Below are positions 51,162 to 63,697 of a stretch of DNA of 63,697 bases, in pieces. The stretch's first letter is position 1. The number at the start of each line of letters is the position of its first letter. Source of the DNA: Octopus bimaculoides (Eukaryota); the NCBI RefSeq assembly GCF_001194135.2, contig NC_068984.1, positions 111,454,651 through 111,518,347 of the forward strand. Reading direction: 5' to 3'. A program made the translations under genes and the position numbers. Below the pieces are notes generated by a model. It was not told where the DNA came from. It ran no database searches and worked only from the letters and a program-made list of their open reading frames with translations.

Positions 51162-51162
<1 letters not shown>
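51022..51162 (-). mobile_element. RTE 3' UTR end
   Basis: Consensus match. Confidence 0.85.
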
Positions 51163-51241
<79 letters not shown>

Positions 51242-52119
51242 TATAGATCATCTAAAAGTTTATAAGTCAAGAGAGAGATGCAGTCATATATTTCTCAATA
51301 GAGTGAGTATATAATCCAAAGTGGCATTATATATCCATCCCGGCTGATCATACCAACTTACTAATTGGTGAGATCAGCTGTGATGGATATGTAATACTGT
51401 ACACTTTGGATAACTTTTTTTATGCTAAGCTATCAAAGACAGAACTTCGAAACAGTTAAAGTGATCTAAATTAAAATTCTCCAAATATTTCCTGCTTAAT
51501 AATGACAAAATTCTTTTATTTAAATTCTTGATTATTCTAAGAATTAATTGAAGCAAAACCGTGTATTTCAACAGAAATTTGATAACAAAAGTATTAATTC
51601 ATTTGCTTCATACCTTGTGATGAGTGACGACATGGTTTACCAATTTGCAAGACTGTCTTTCATTGGATATCATTTTGAATATATTCCATGCACAGCATGT
51701 TGAACAACTGTTCAACACTATTCAGTGCTGAGGTAATTTCTTTCTTTGAAGAGGAGTCTTAATCTTTGTTGGGTAATATTGGTTACATAATACATATGTG
51801 TTAACTGCAAAAGGTCATCAATTTGTCGAAGTCAAAATATCATAAAGATTTTAGGATGATTTAAAGTTGCTTTATATTTGAACATATGTGTCGAAGTAAT
51901 GATTTGTTATTGTATCCAAATTAATTAGGAAACAAAATGACAGCTGTAGAGGGAATGGTAGACTTTCCTCCTCTATCTGGTTTGGCATTAACTCTTTTGA
52001 TATCAACCTGCCTGAATTTAATTCTTGTTCTGTAATGCAAACTCCAGTCTTTTCAAAGTGACCATATTTAAATGAAATACTTCCAGTGTATAAATACAAT
52101 GCATGCATGCTACATGTGT

Positions 52120-52385
52120 GTGTGTGTGTGTTTATGTGTTTTTGTGCCTCCTTGTTTTGACATTGTAGGCTAGCGGTAAATGAACATCACCATCATACAT
52201 GCAGTGTCATTTGCTTACAATCCTCCATGAAAACATATCTGGTCACGAGGAAATATTACCGTATTTGAAAATGAGCAAGGGTTGGTGACAGGAAAAATAT
52301 CTGGCTGCAGAAAATCTGCATTGATCAATGCTGCCTGACCCATACAAGTGAGGAAAAGTGGACATTACAAATAATGATGGTGCTG
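52120..52385 (+). mobile_element. SINE family G 3' half
   Basis: Body shared with 61370-61590; RTE-like terminus gggttggtgacaggaaaa...gaaaagtggacatta. Confidence 0.55.
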
Positions 52386-52754
52386 ATGATAGCATTGATT
52401 GTGGTAGTGTTAGTGGTGGGGGGTGGGTGATGGTGTTGGTGATTGCAGTGGTGATGAGGATAATAATGCTTAAAACTGTTCAATACTAAAGTGTTTTCTA
52501 AAGTTTGTTATTTTTACTAAATGTTACAATTGTTTTATATTTAATTCTCCAAATTAATAGTAACACAAGTGGTCAACATATTTCATGAGAAATATGACCA
52601 TCACCGGTTAACCTTTTTAATATAATCCCAAACAAGAACATTGACACATTTCTTTAGAGCAGTAGTTCCCAACCATATGTATACGCCCCACAAACCTTAG
52701 GAAATATTTAAATAATTTTTACACCCCTAACAAAAAAATTAATAGCATATTTGA

Positions 52755-53230
52755 AGGGAGAAGTTTTTCTGTGATGCATACAACAATTACTAGCATATTT
52801 GTGCTTGAACATATTAAGAATATATTAAAAATAAATGTGCAAATCATTGTTTCAGATCTTGCTGTACACAGTGCAAATAATTTCTTATTAGTTGGCAGAT
52901 ATATCAGCACTGATCAGCAAACAGTTTAGTTTGTTGTAATTATAAACAAAATTAGTAGCTTATTTAAGCTGCAAGGTCTAGGCTTATGTGGCAAAACATA
53001 TTAAAACATTGGTTTACGAGACACAACATATCAAAATCCCTTGCACCAATGAGCTGAGTGTATTAGGAACACTGTTATTGTAAAAGTGAGTTGTTCTCCT
53101 GTGATGTACACAACAGCAAGTAGCATATTTATGTTTGAATCTACTGGACTGTATTAAGAATTAGTATACAAATCCTCATTTCAGATCCTTCTGTACAAAG
53201 GGCAAATAACGATTTTCAGTTTAAAAGAAT
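52755..53230 (+). repeat. Block X, two diverged direct copies (52755-52990 and 53080-53230)
   Basis: ctgtgatg..(c)acaaca, tagcatattt.tg.ttgaa, caaatc, tttcagatc.t.ctgtaca and gcaaataa are shared at ~330-bp spacing. Confidence 0.8.
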
Positions 53231-53349
53231 AAAAACAAAACATACAACACTCTAAAATAAGCAAATGATTCATTGCATAATAATATCTTTTACAAGTGAA
53301 AGCGATCCCAAATTTTAGATATAAAATTTGAACACTTATCTTTTACTTG

Positions 53350-53594
53350 CCAGCACCATGTTAAAAGCACACAGTACACTCTGTAAAGTGATTGGCATTA
53401 GGAAGGGCATCCAGCTGTATGAACTATGCTACAAGAGATAACTGGAGTCTGGACAGCTCCCTAGCTTACCAGCTCCTGTCCAACTATCCAATCCTTACTA
53501 GAAGACATTAAAGGATGATGATGATGATGATGATGTTGACTATGATGATGACGATGATGACGATGATGATGACAATGATGATGACGATGATGAC

Positions 53595-53630
<36 letters not shown>
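53350..53630 (+). mobile_element. Degenerate RTE 3' UTR with (GAT/GAC)n tail
   Basis: attggcattaggaagggcatccagctgta. Confidence 0.7.
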
Positions 53631-53632
<2 letters not shown>

Positions 53633-53834
53633 CTGTTTCTTATTTTTGACTTTATCTAAACATGGAACTTTCTTGCTAATCTTAATCTATACAAGTTTAT
53701 CTATGGAATCAGGTAATTCTTAAATTTTGGGCTTGAGTGATCAAGAGTCCAAAAGAGAATTAAATCCATTGTCGCAGAAATGTATTGTTGCAAACAGAAT
53801 GAGGACAAAACTCTTGGCTTTAATCTCTTATCCA

Positions 53835-54197
53835 TTTTGTTACTGTATTTCTGCTAATATACACAATGCCTTCGCTTCAATTAATTTCAAAAACAATGAA
53901 GAATTTTGTAAAATAACTTTAATCATTAAGCTGTTGTTTACAACATTAATTAGCATGCAATTTTGAATCAAGCTTCTAATTTGAATAATTACATTCCTTT
54001 TGTTAGATGAAATGCACTACATTTGTTTCAATTAATTTTTTAAAAATTTGATAACTGTTATAATTAAACTGGTGTTTGAAACATAGATAAGCATGAAACT
54101 TTGATGGAAGGTTTTTAATTCATATCATTTTAAACTGGTAGTTAGCATTGTAGAATCAAGAACAGACTCAGGCAGGTTGGAATCAAAATGGTTAAGA
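53835..54197. mobile_element. TTAA-type MITE sequence
   Basis: Left part matches 9173-9290; right part is the reverse complement of 9531-9665; ends atggttaa. Confidence 0.55.
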
Positions 54198-54204
54198 ATT
54201 AAAT

Positions 54205-54380
54205 CTGTATATCATCATCATCATCATCATCATCATCATCGTTAAACTTCCGCTTTCCACGCTAGCATGGGTTGGACGATTTGACTGAGGACTGGTGAAT
54301 CAGATGGCTGCACCAGGCTCCAATCTGATCTGGCAGAGTTTCTACTGCTGGATGTCTTTCCTAACGCCAACCACTCCGAT
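54205..54380 (-). mobile_element. RTE 3' UTR end
   Basis: Consensus match. Confidence 0.85.
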
Positions 54381-54943
54381 AAAGAAGAATTTCTACAACT
54401 CCATCGGCCCTAATTTCTGGTCTCCTAATTCCCTTAATTGTAATAAAGGTAAGTTTAAGGAGATTAAAGCTATTTTTAAGCATTAATATTCTTAATCTGA
54501 AATGTGATTAAAATAAAGATTATAGTTGCTCACTTTGTCAAGCCCATCAGATATCACCTCACAAGCCCAGGAAGGGCAGGTGCCCTACATTGGTAACTAG
54601 TATGCTAGTGTGAAATTGTTGGTACTAAGAAAGGCATCTTGCTGTAGAAACCATACATGTTGAACTACCCAACCTATAGAGGCATGGAAAAAGGGATGCT
54701 AAATGCTACTGCTTCTGCTGCTGCTGCTGCTGCTGATGATGATGATGACAATGATGACAGTGATGACAACAATGATGTAATATAGCGTCTTTTCATTGAT
54801 CAATCTTCACAACTTAGTACAATCTTCATAATAATCTGCTTGTTCGTTTGCCGGTTATACATTAGTCACTTAAAGAGGTGGAGGTGGAGTGAGTGAGAGG
54901 TAGTGTAAAAGACGTTACTATTATTATTATTATTATTATTGTT

Positions 54944-55045
54944 CAGTAGTTTTATTTTTATAACGTGCTTTCACTTCACTACCGAGTGCAGCTCTGTGTG
55001 CCTTGGGTATGTGCTGTGGTTTGCTGTGATGCTCTTATGGTTACT

Positions 55046-55048
<3 letters not shown>
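54944..55048 (-). mobile_element. Dong/R4-like LINE 3' UTR
   Basis: Matches 57750-57855; (ATT)n on both sides. Confidence 0.85.
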
Positions 55049-55089
<41 letters not shown>

Positions 55090-55107
<18 letters not shown>

Positions 55108-55290
55108 TAGCAGCATTTCATCTGTCTTTACATTCTGAGTACAGATTCCACAGAGATCGACTTTGCTTTCCATCCTTCCTGGCTCGATAAATTAAGTACC
55201 AGTTATGCACCGGGATTGATGTAATCGACTCAATACCTTTCTCCAAATTTGAGGCCTTGTGCTTCCAGCAGAAAGAATTATTATTATTAT
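55090..55290 (+). mobile_element. SINE family C
   Basis: gatcgactttgctttccatcc...gtaccag...aggccttgtgc...gaattattatt. Confidence 0.7.
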
Positions 55291-55299
55291 TTTCTTTTA

Positions 55300-56180
55300 A
55301 TCAGCATGTTTGTTACAAATCACTTGCCAAGACACACCCAGTATCCTAGGGTAAGTGAAGGATAAGAGATGTTACAGTATGACTGAAAGCTTGGGGAGAG
55401 CAAGTGGCAGGGGCCGTGGTAAAATATCTTCATGTAATACAGCACGTACATTTATAATGATAGGGGTTTTCAAAGGATGTGGGCAGTACTGGTCAGCACA
55501 ATCTTTTGGATTTCTCTTAGATATGGTTATCTTGGGATATTATCTAGATATTTCTCACATCCCTTTCTTATCATGCCTAAGGTACACACAATAACAGGAA
55601 CAGTTCTCGATTTAAGATGCCACATCTTTAGTATTTCAGTTTCCAGCTCCTTATATTTACTTAATTTGTCAAATTCCCTTACAGATATACTTTAATCAGT
55701 GGGAACACTTACATCTATTAGTCTACAAGTATTTTCTTCCCTGTCTTTAATGGCTGTGTCTGGTCGATTAGCCTGGAATGTTCTGTTGGTGTTGACTGGA
55801 AAATCTCAGAAGATAGTGACATATTTACCTTCAACAACTAGCTCAGGATGATGTTCATATCAGTAAGCAGGAGTGCTGATTTTGTAGTGTTTACATATTT
55901 TCCTAAGTAAATACTGTCCTGCCCTATCATGGTGATTTTTTAATTCGTTTGGTGTCAGCATGACATCTCGAGATGACATGGCTTATTGTTTCATCAAATT
56001 TATCGCAGAATCTGCATTTAGGATCAGAACCGTTTTAAAGAACGTTAGCCTGGTAGTTTTTTTGTAAGCAAGCTTTGATCTTGTGCCACTAATATGAAAC
56101 CTTTACTCTCTGCTTTCAGTCCTGAACTTCTCAGCCACTGATGGGTTGTCGCTTGGTCTATATCAGCATTTTGGATTCAA
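55300..56180 (-). mobile_element. R4/Dong-like RLE LINE remnant (zinc knuckle, endonuclease, 3' UTR)
   Basis: WLRSSGLKAESKGFILVAQDQSL, CRFCDKFDETISHVISRC, ANRPD, LIDVSVP, KLSKYKEL, TVPVIV, EIQKIVLTSTAHIL; many stops. Confidence 0.85.
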
Positions 56181-56200
56181 ATGATATATTATTATTATTA

Positions 56201-57423
56201 TCAGGTCATTAAGAATGAAATGTCCGATTTTGAACTGAAAAGTTATTTTACTTTATCTCTACAAAAAGCAATGCAGTTAATCAAAGTATGCACCTAAATT
56301 ATCAACATAATCTTGCCATTTTATCAGTAGCTTATTTATGCCAGCAGCAAAGAAGTCTGGAAAGCAAGAGGTGGTGAAATTATGAAAGGTTGTTTTTGCA
56401 TCTTCAGATTCGAAGTTTTCTTCTTGCGAAAAGCTGTCTAATGCCTTGAAAACATGATAGTCAGTTGGTGCAAAGTCTGGGGAATATAATGGATGACAGA
56501 GTACTTCCAGGTTCAGTTCCTGTAACATGAGTAGCATTCTTTGTGCAACATGTCGTCAAGCATTGTCTTGCAAGAGAATTGGCCTGTCTCTATTGACCAA
56601 ACTCAGTTGTTTAATTGCAAGTTCACTCATCATTTCATCCATTTGGCTGCTGTAATTGACATACAAGGTCTCATGAAGCTGTAGTGGATGACACCAGTGC
56701 TGGACCACCAGACAGACACCATTAGCTTATTTTGGTGAATATTCTTTTTTTGGATTGTGTTTTGGCACTTTGTCTCTATCCAACTACCATGCAGAACGTT
56801 TGCTGTTGTTGAAAAGAACACATTTTTCAACACACATAACAACACGATGATGCAAAAATGGTTCGCTTTTATGTCATGGCAGCAAAGAACAGCAAGTTTC
56901 AAGATGACGTGCTCATTAAGTTTGTATGGTACCCATTTGTCCCATTCTTTACATTGCCGATTTGTTTCAGATGGTTCAATACTGTTGGAATTGAAACATC
57001 AAACCTTGCTACAACTCATACGTCATCATTATTCACCTTATTCTCAGGTCTACCACAGGGCTAATTTTCAAGAGTAAAGTCACCAGACCAGAACTTCTCA
57101 AACCATTGACATACAGTGCACTCATTCACCACATCTTCACTAAATACCTCATTGGGTTTTTGAGCTGTCTGGGATGCATTGGTTCCATGACAGAACTCAT
57201 ATTCATAAACAACACGATTTTTTTATCTATCCATAGGTTCACAAAAACTGATTTAGAAGAGAAAACTCACAATATAATCAGACACCATGAATTGCATTTC
57301 AAAAAGTGATAATGTAACTCTTCGATGTTGTAAAACAAAGAATTGTCTGGATAAAACATCAGAGTTCACAACTGTCAAATTTGGTACATAAGAAAATCGG
57401 ACATTACATCCTTAATGACCTGA
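56201..57423 (-). mobile_element. Full-span mariner element with both TIRs and TA target duplication; decayed transposase
   Basis: TA|tcaggtcattaagaatgaaatgtccgatttt ... aaaatcggacattacatccttaatgacctga|TA. Peptides KLMVSVWW, LQDNA, HPLYSPDFAPTDYH, GINKL..KW. Confidence 0.95.
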
Positions 57424-57451
57424 TATTATCATTATTATTATCATTATTATT

Positions 57452-57660
57452 AAGACTGCAAACTGTCAGAATCGTTAGCATGCTGACCAAAATGCTTAGG
57501 AGCATTTTGGCCTGTCTTTATGTTCAAATTCTTCTGCAGTCACCTTTGCTTTTTATCCTTTCAAGGTTGATAAAATAAGTACCAGTCATGTACTAGGCTT
57601 GATGTAATTCACTTCCTCTCCCCTTACAAATAATAGACCCTGTGCCAAAATTCGAAACCA
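57452..57660 (+). mobile_element. SINE family C
   Basis: gaatcgttagcatgctgaccaaaatgcttag...gtgccaaaattcgaaacc. Confidence 0.7.
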
Positions 57661-57749
57661 TCGTTATAATTATAATTATTATTATTATTGTTGTTGTTGT
57701 TGTTGTTATCATTATCATTATTGTTATTATTATTATTATTATTATTATT

Positions 57750-58112
57750 CAGTAGTTTTATTTTTATAACGTACTTTCACTTCACTACCGAGCGCAGCTC
57801 TGTGCGCCTTGGGCATGTGCTGTGGTTTGCTGTGGTGCTCTTATGTTTACTGTATTGAAAGTGTTTTGCGTAGAATGTGTGCAGTACCCAGTAGTGCAAT
57901 TTTCTGTATGTTATATATATTTGTAAGTCCTGGTGTTTTTGTTATGTATTTGTCTGAATATTTTTTTATTATACCTAAGGCACCTACTATGATAGGAATT
58001 GTTTCTGTTTTTAGATTCCACATTCGAGTTATCTCTATTTCTAGGTCTTTGTATTTTGAAAGTTTTTCCATTTCTTTTAGAGAAACGTTGTCATCTGCTG
58101 GTATTGAAACAT
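57750..58112 (-). mobile_element. Dong/R4-like LINE 3' end with (AAT)n tail
   Basis: VSIPADDNVSLKEMEKLSKYKDLEIEITRMWNLKTETIPIIVGALG...IQKIALLGTAHILRKTLSIQ* (stop at 57847); open frame up to the gap. Confidence 0.9.
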
Positions 58113-58880
58113 NNNNNNNNNNNNNNNNNNNNNNNNNNNNNNNNNNNNNNNNNNNNNNNNNNNNNNNNNNNNNNNNNNNNNNNNNNNNNNNNNNNNNNNN
58201 NNNNNNNNNNNNNNNNNNNNNNNNNNNNNNNNNNNNNNNNNNNNNNNNNNNNNNNNNNNNNNNNNNNNNNNNNNNNNNNNNNNNNNNNNNNNNNNNNNNN
58301 NNNNNNNNNNNNNNNNNNNNNNNNNNNNNNNNNNNNNNNNNNNNNNNNNNNNNNNNNNNNNNNNNNNNNNNNNNNNNNNNNNNNNNNNNNNNNNNNNNNN
58401 NNNNNNNNNNNNNNNNNNNNNNNNNNNNNNNNNNNNNNNNNNNNNNNNNNNNNNNNNNNNNNNNNNNNNNNNNNNNNNNNNNNNNNNNNNNNNNNNNNNN
58501 NNNNNNNNNNNNNNNNNNNNNNNNNNNNNNNNNNNNNNNNNNNNNNNNNNNNNNNNNNNNNNNNNNNNNNNNNNNNNNNNNNNNNNNNNNNNNNNNNNNN
58601 NNNNNNNNNNNNNNNNNNNNNNNNNNNNNNNNNNNNNNNNNNNNNNNNNNNNNNNNNNNNNNNNNNNNNNNNNNNNNNNNNNNNNNNNNNNNNNNNNNNN
58701 NNNNNNNNNNNNNNNNNNNNNNNNNNNNNNNNNNNNNNNNNNNNNNNNNNNNNNNNNNNNNNNNNNNNNNNNNNNNNNNNNNNNNNNNNNNNNNNNNNNN
58801 NNNNNNNNNNNNNNNNNNNNNNNNNNNNNNNNNNNNNNNNNNNNNNNNNNNNNNNNNNNNNNNNNNNNNNNNNNNNNNNN

Positions 58881-58927
<47 letters not shown>

Positions 58928-59298
58928 TATACACACACACATGCACATGCAAACACACACACATGCACATACATACAAACATACATGCACATACACACAC
59001 ACACACACACACAGGGATTTGTTTTGAAAAGTAAGTGACATTGTTTTGATAAGCTGCCTGATCAAGAAAATTGGCAAAACTTAACCAAACCAGTTATTCC
59101 AGCAACTTTGGCTTTTTTTTTTTGTCTTTTCCTTTCCATTTTGTTTTGTTTTCATTCTTCATTTTTTGTTCATTTTTCTCTTTCTTTTGTTTTCATTATT
59201 TTCATTAATTCTTTTATTTATCATTTTTGTTTTTTATTTTTACTACTTTTTATTAGCTTCTGTATTTTCATAACACATTTCTTAGTTTTTTTTATAAG

Positions 59299-59357
59299 TT
59301 CAAACGCAGTGGTATCCAGAGCCAGAGGTAGCTCAGGCTGCTGCAAAAAAGAGCTAA
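59299..59357 (+). CDS. Candidate short terminal exon (phase 1: VQTQWYPEPEVAQAAAKKS*)
   Basis: ~190-nt T-rich tract ending tttataag|; GC-richer island; same phase and length to stop as 14562-14620. Confidence 0.3.
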
Positions 59358-59419
59358 CTTACTATATGGAGACTGATTGTCAATGTTTATAATGTGGGTT
59401 AATGGCATGCGATAAAGAG

Positions 59420-59830
59420 AGTTGGTAGGTGCATGGTTAATGAGTAACCGGGTGGCTGGGTTGACGGATGCAGGTTGACGTTGATGAATGACAAGACAGA
59501 TGAATGAATGGAAGCGATGGAGGGATGTACCGGAGGATGGATGGCTGGATAGGTTGAGGAGTGATTGCGTGGGTAGTTAGATGGATGGAGGGAGGAAAGG
59601 AGGGTTGGAGAGATAGATGAATGGATGGATGGATGGATGGATGGAGAGATTACTGGAATTGTGGCTGGATAGAGGGGTGGATGGATTGGACAGATGGATG
59701 GATTTGTGAATGGCTGAATGAGTAGATGTATTGATGAGTGGTTGGATATATAGATGGAGGGATGGATAGAAAGATGGCAAATGACTAAGTTGATGGATAA
59801 TAGCTGGATTGTATACATAGGTAGATGAAA
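59420..59830. repeat. Degenerate (GATG/GGAT)n satellite
   Basis: Direct reading. Confidence 0.85.
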
Positions 59831-60134
59831 GATTGAAGGGCAGCTTGATTGACTTATGACTATTTCTGCATTAGAGAGTCATATGTCATACATTCTGTCA
59901 GTCAAAATGTTAAGATGCAAAAGTAAGAGAAATTTAGTTGCTATTTCTATCTAGATGAGAGACCACATAGATGCTACCTCGCTGGCTCAAAGAAGTAGCA
60001 GTTGTAAGATTCTTATTGATGTTTGTAGGTTTTTCTAATGATCAGCACTAACAGAAAAAGTTGTAGTGGTGATGCCTATGGGCTCTCTACAGGTTTGGTG
60101 TGAGGGGCCAAGGCTGCTGGTAACTGATATTAAG

Positions 60135-60450
60135 TTTATCTTTTATCTTTTATCCTTTTCTTGTTTTCGTCATGAGACTGTAATCATGCTGGGGCACTGC
60201 TTTTAAGAAGCTTTAGTCAGATGAATCGACCCCAGTTCTTATTTTCCCTTTTTCTTTAAGCCTTGTATCTATTCTATTGGTCATTTTGCAGAACTACTAT
60301 GATGGTCTTCTCTGGGTTTCCATTTACCGAATTCACCCACAAAGCTTTGGTCAGCCCAAGGCTATAGAATAAGCTACATTCCCAAGGTTCCATAGAGTGG
60401 GACTGAACCGGGAAACATGTGGTTGGGAAGCAAGCTTCCTACAACACAGT
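60135..60450 (-). mobile_element. Old SINE family A-like copy
   Basis: Degenerate tail, 3' domain and head. Confidence 0.6.
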
Positions 60451-61257
60451 CATGTTTGCAGAAAGTTAGATAAGAGTCAAGGTTGGTATCATTTGTCTAG
60501 AATATTGTTGGAGAGCAGAAAACTGTATACAGGACAAAACTGTTCCTTTACCCTGACCTGTCCCACTGTCTTTGACATTTCCTAGACAAGAAAGTAATTC
60601 CTTTTCCTCCAGTTAAATTCCATTCTATTCAAACCTCACTTCTCAGATTATAAAGAAGAAAAGAAACAAAAATACTAGTCGTACCGGTATAAGTTGTGAT
60701 GGTGTTTGAGCTTATTGAGGTTAATGACAACACTTTCTAGTGCTGAACTAATTAGACGAAAAACAATAGACTGCCTGTCATATTTTCTTAGTCTACGGTG
60801 TGTTGTGGGTGACAATGGTGGTGGTGGTGGGGATTAAAAAATAAATATACACAAAATGCATTAAATAACATACGATCAAAGATTATTTAAGCTTTTTTTT
60901 TTATGCTTTTTATGAGTTTTCCCATCAACTTTGTTATTTGTCCAATGACTCCCACAACTTGGTTTGCTGTGGGAGTACTAACTGTCTCACTTCTCACCCT
61001 TTGTCAATCACTGCTCCACCAAGGAATGCAATAAAGTTTTTATTGAGCCAATAAAATAGCCTCCTCAATGTGGCAGTCTGACTTGCTGGAAATAGCTGCT
61101 AAATCTCTCTGTAATCAACACCCTAACATCTCAAACCAGGAAAGAATACATTGGATAATGTACTTTTATGCATCTTGTAAAAACGTAACTGCTGGGATAT
61201 TTTTGAAACATTCTTTAGAGCTGATACACTAAAGAACTAGGAAATCCTTGAGTTGTC

Positions 61258-61590
61258 AAAGCTTTGTGAGTGGATTTGGTAGACAGGAACTGAAATGTCA
61301 TATACATGTCATATACATGTGTGTCATATACACGTGTGTGTGTACATGTGAGTGCAGAATGCCATATAGATGTGTGTGTGTGTATGCATGTGTGTTACTG
61401 GTGCTTTGTCTTGATATTGCATCATAGTCGTGAGTGTTACCATAAGGTAAGCAGTATCTCTCATTTTCTTTGAAGACATGTCTGGTCAAGAGAAAACATT
61501 ACTTTACTTGGAAACAGATGAGGGTTGATGAACAGAAGGGCATGCAGTTGTAGAAAATCTACCACAACAAATTCTGTCCAACTCATTCAA
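61258..61590 (+). mobile_element. SINE family G
   Basis: Family A segment ctttgtgagtggatttggtagac, then (TG)n, G body and RTE-like gaagggcatgcagttgtagaaaatc. Confidence 0.6.
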
Positions 61591-61593
61591 GTA

Positions 61594-61798
61594 TCATCAT
61601 CATCATCATCATCATCATCGTTTAACGTCCGCTTTCCATGCTAGCATGGGTTGGACGATTTGACTGAGGACTGGTGAAACCAGATGGCTACACCAGGCTC
61701 CAATCTGATTTGGCAGAGTTTCTACAGCTGGATGCCCTTCCTAACGTCAACCACTCCAAGAGTGTAGTGGGTGCTTTTACGTGCCACCGGCATGAGGG
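61594..61798 (-). mobile_element. RTE 3' UTR end
   Basis: Near-consensus; runs into a gap. Confidence 0.9.
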
Positions 61799-62670
61799 NN
61801 NNNNNNNNNNNNNNNNNNNNNNNNNNNNNNNNNNNNNNNNNNNNNNNNNNNNNNNNNNNNNNNNNNNNNNNNNNNNNNNNNNNNNNNNNNNNNNNNNNNN
61901 NNNNNNNNNNNNNNNNNNNNNNNNNNNNNNNNNNNNNNNNNNNNNNNNNNNNNNNNNNNNNNNNNNNNNNNNNNNNNNNNNNNNNNNNNNNNNNNNNNNN
62001 NNNNNNNNNNNNNNNNNNNNNNNNNNNNNNNNNNNNNNNNNNNNNNNNNNNNNNNNNNNNNNNNNNNNNNNNNNNNNNNNNNNNNNNNNNNNNNNNNNNN
62101 NNNNNNNNNNNNNNNNNNNNNNNNNNNNNNNNNNNNNNNNNNNNNNNNNNNNNNNNNNNNNNNNNNNNNNNNNNNNNNNNNNNNNNNNNNNNNNNNNNNN
62201 NNNNNNNNNNNNNNNNNNNNNNNNNNNNNNNNNNNNNNNNNNNNNNNNNNNNNNNNNNNNNNNNNNNNNNNNNNNNNNNNNNNNNNNNNNNNNNNNNNNN
62301 NNNNNNNNNNNNNNNNNNNNNNNNNNNNNNNNNNNNNNNNNNNNNNNNNNNNNNNNNNNNNNNNNNNNNNNNNNNNNNNNNNNNNNNNNNNNNNNNNNNN
62401 NNNNNNNNNNNNNNNNNNNNNNNNNNNNNNNNNNNNNNNNNNNNNNNNNNNNNNNNNNNNNNNNNNNNNNNNNNNNNNNNNNNNNNNNNNNNNNNNNNNN
62501 NNNNNNNNNNNNNNNNNNNNNNNNNNNNNNNNNNNNNNNNNNNNNNNNNNNNNNNNNNNNNNNNNNNNNNNNNNNNNNNNNNNNNNNNNNNNNNNNNNNN
62601 NNNNNNNNNNNNNNNNNNNNNNNNNNNNNNNNNNNNNNNNNNNNNNNNNNNNNNNNNNNNNNNNNNNNNN

Positions 62671-62930
62671 NAACTGAAAGAAGCCCGTAGTATATATGTA
62701 TATATATGTATGTGTGTGTATATGTTTGTGTGTCTGTCTTTGTCCCCCCAACATCGCTTGACAACCAATGCTGGTGTGTTTACATCCCCGTAACTTAGTG
62801 GTTCAGCAAAAGAGACCGATAGAATAAGTACTAGGCTTACAAAGAATGTCCTGGGGTCAATTTGCTCGACTAAAGGTGGTGCTCCAGCATGGCCACAGTC
62901 AAATGACTGAAACAAGTAAAAGAGTAAAAG
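62671..62930 (+). mobile_element. SINE family A 3' part
   Basis: Consensus match with tail aagtaaaagagtaaaaga. Confidence 0.9.
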
Positions 62931-63165
62931 ATATATATATATATATAAAACAAAACCTTGAAGAGACTTGTATACATGAATAAGAATTGTTTATAAATCA
63001 AATAATGTATATGAGTCAAAACAAATTGTTGGCTCTTTTGGTTTTTGAATAATTTCTTATGTTGTCTTATCTTGTATTATATTATATTTATAGTATATTG
63101 TATTCTATTGTAATATAAATAAATTGATAGATTGTCATTTGTATTTCTCTATTTAACTTATTGTT

Positions 63166-63198
<33 letters not shown>

Positions 63199-63466
63199 TA
63201 AGGATTTGTAGGGACAAGGTACTTTGTTATGGAACCATAATATTACTATAAAGTATATTAAATGTTTTATAAGTCAATACCATATTCTACTGCGTTAGCA
63301 GTGCTTTTCACATCACTTGTTAAGGTTATCTCCACAGGTATTCTGTAGAAAGTATAACCAGCACTAATTTTTGTTATGTCTTGGATACAAAACATTGTAA
63401 CAAAAATCAGGGCTGACTATAATTTCTATAGAGTATCTATAAAGATAGCCTTAACAAGTGATATAT

Positions 63467-63697
63467 ATCATCATCATCATCATCATCATCGTTTAACGTC
63501 CGCTTTCCATGCTAGCATGGGTTGGACGATTTGACTGAGGACTGGTGAAACCGGATGGCAACACCAGGCTCCAGTCTGATTTGGCAGAGTTTCTACAGCT
63601 GGATGCCCTTCCTAACGCCAACCACTCAGAGAGTGTAGTGGGTGCTTTTACGTGTCACCCGCACGAAAACGGCCACGCTCGAAATGGTGTCTTTTAT
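63467..63697 (-). mobile_element. RTE 3' UTR end
   Basis: Near-consensus; truncated by the window end. Confidence 0.9.

Noticed and set aside
51620-52108. Minus-strand ORF FEKTGVCITEQELNSGRL as a TE or gene remnant
   Set aside because: I cannot assign it to a family, and it has stops downstream; it needs a tBLASTn search.

Overview
AT-rich eukaryotic non-coding DNA from a gapped short-read scaffold (17 N-runs, most next to microsatellites). I recognise the repeat families as Octopus-like cephalopod; this is an inference that I could not check by search. No host protein-coding gene, rRNA, intact tRNA gene or CRISPR array is supportable, and almost all long ORFs in the track are N-gap or microsatellite artefacts. 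The window is a mosaic of: (i) several tRNA-headed SINE families (labelled A, C, D, F, G here); (ii) 5'-truncated LINEs (RTE, CR1-like, and two groups of restriction-like-endonuclease (RLE) LINEs, one beside (TAA)n and one beside (CATA)n); (iii) three Penelope-like GIY-YIG remnants; (iv) two mariner elements, a maT-like remnant, and mariner, hAT and TTAA MITEs; (v) abundant microsatellites. Best leads: a tRNA-derived SINE carrying a Penelope-type minimal hammerhead ribozyme motif; a ~360-bp foldback element with a hammerhead-like motif in each arm; RLE LINEs apparently inserting at (CATA)n; and collinear diverged blocks linking 5.4-14.6 kb to 52.8-59.4 kb, including two similar 19-codon candidate terminal exons. 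All alignments were made by eye, and boundaries of degenerate repeats are approximate (+/-10-20 bp).
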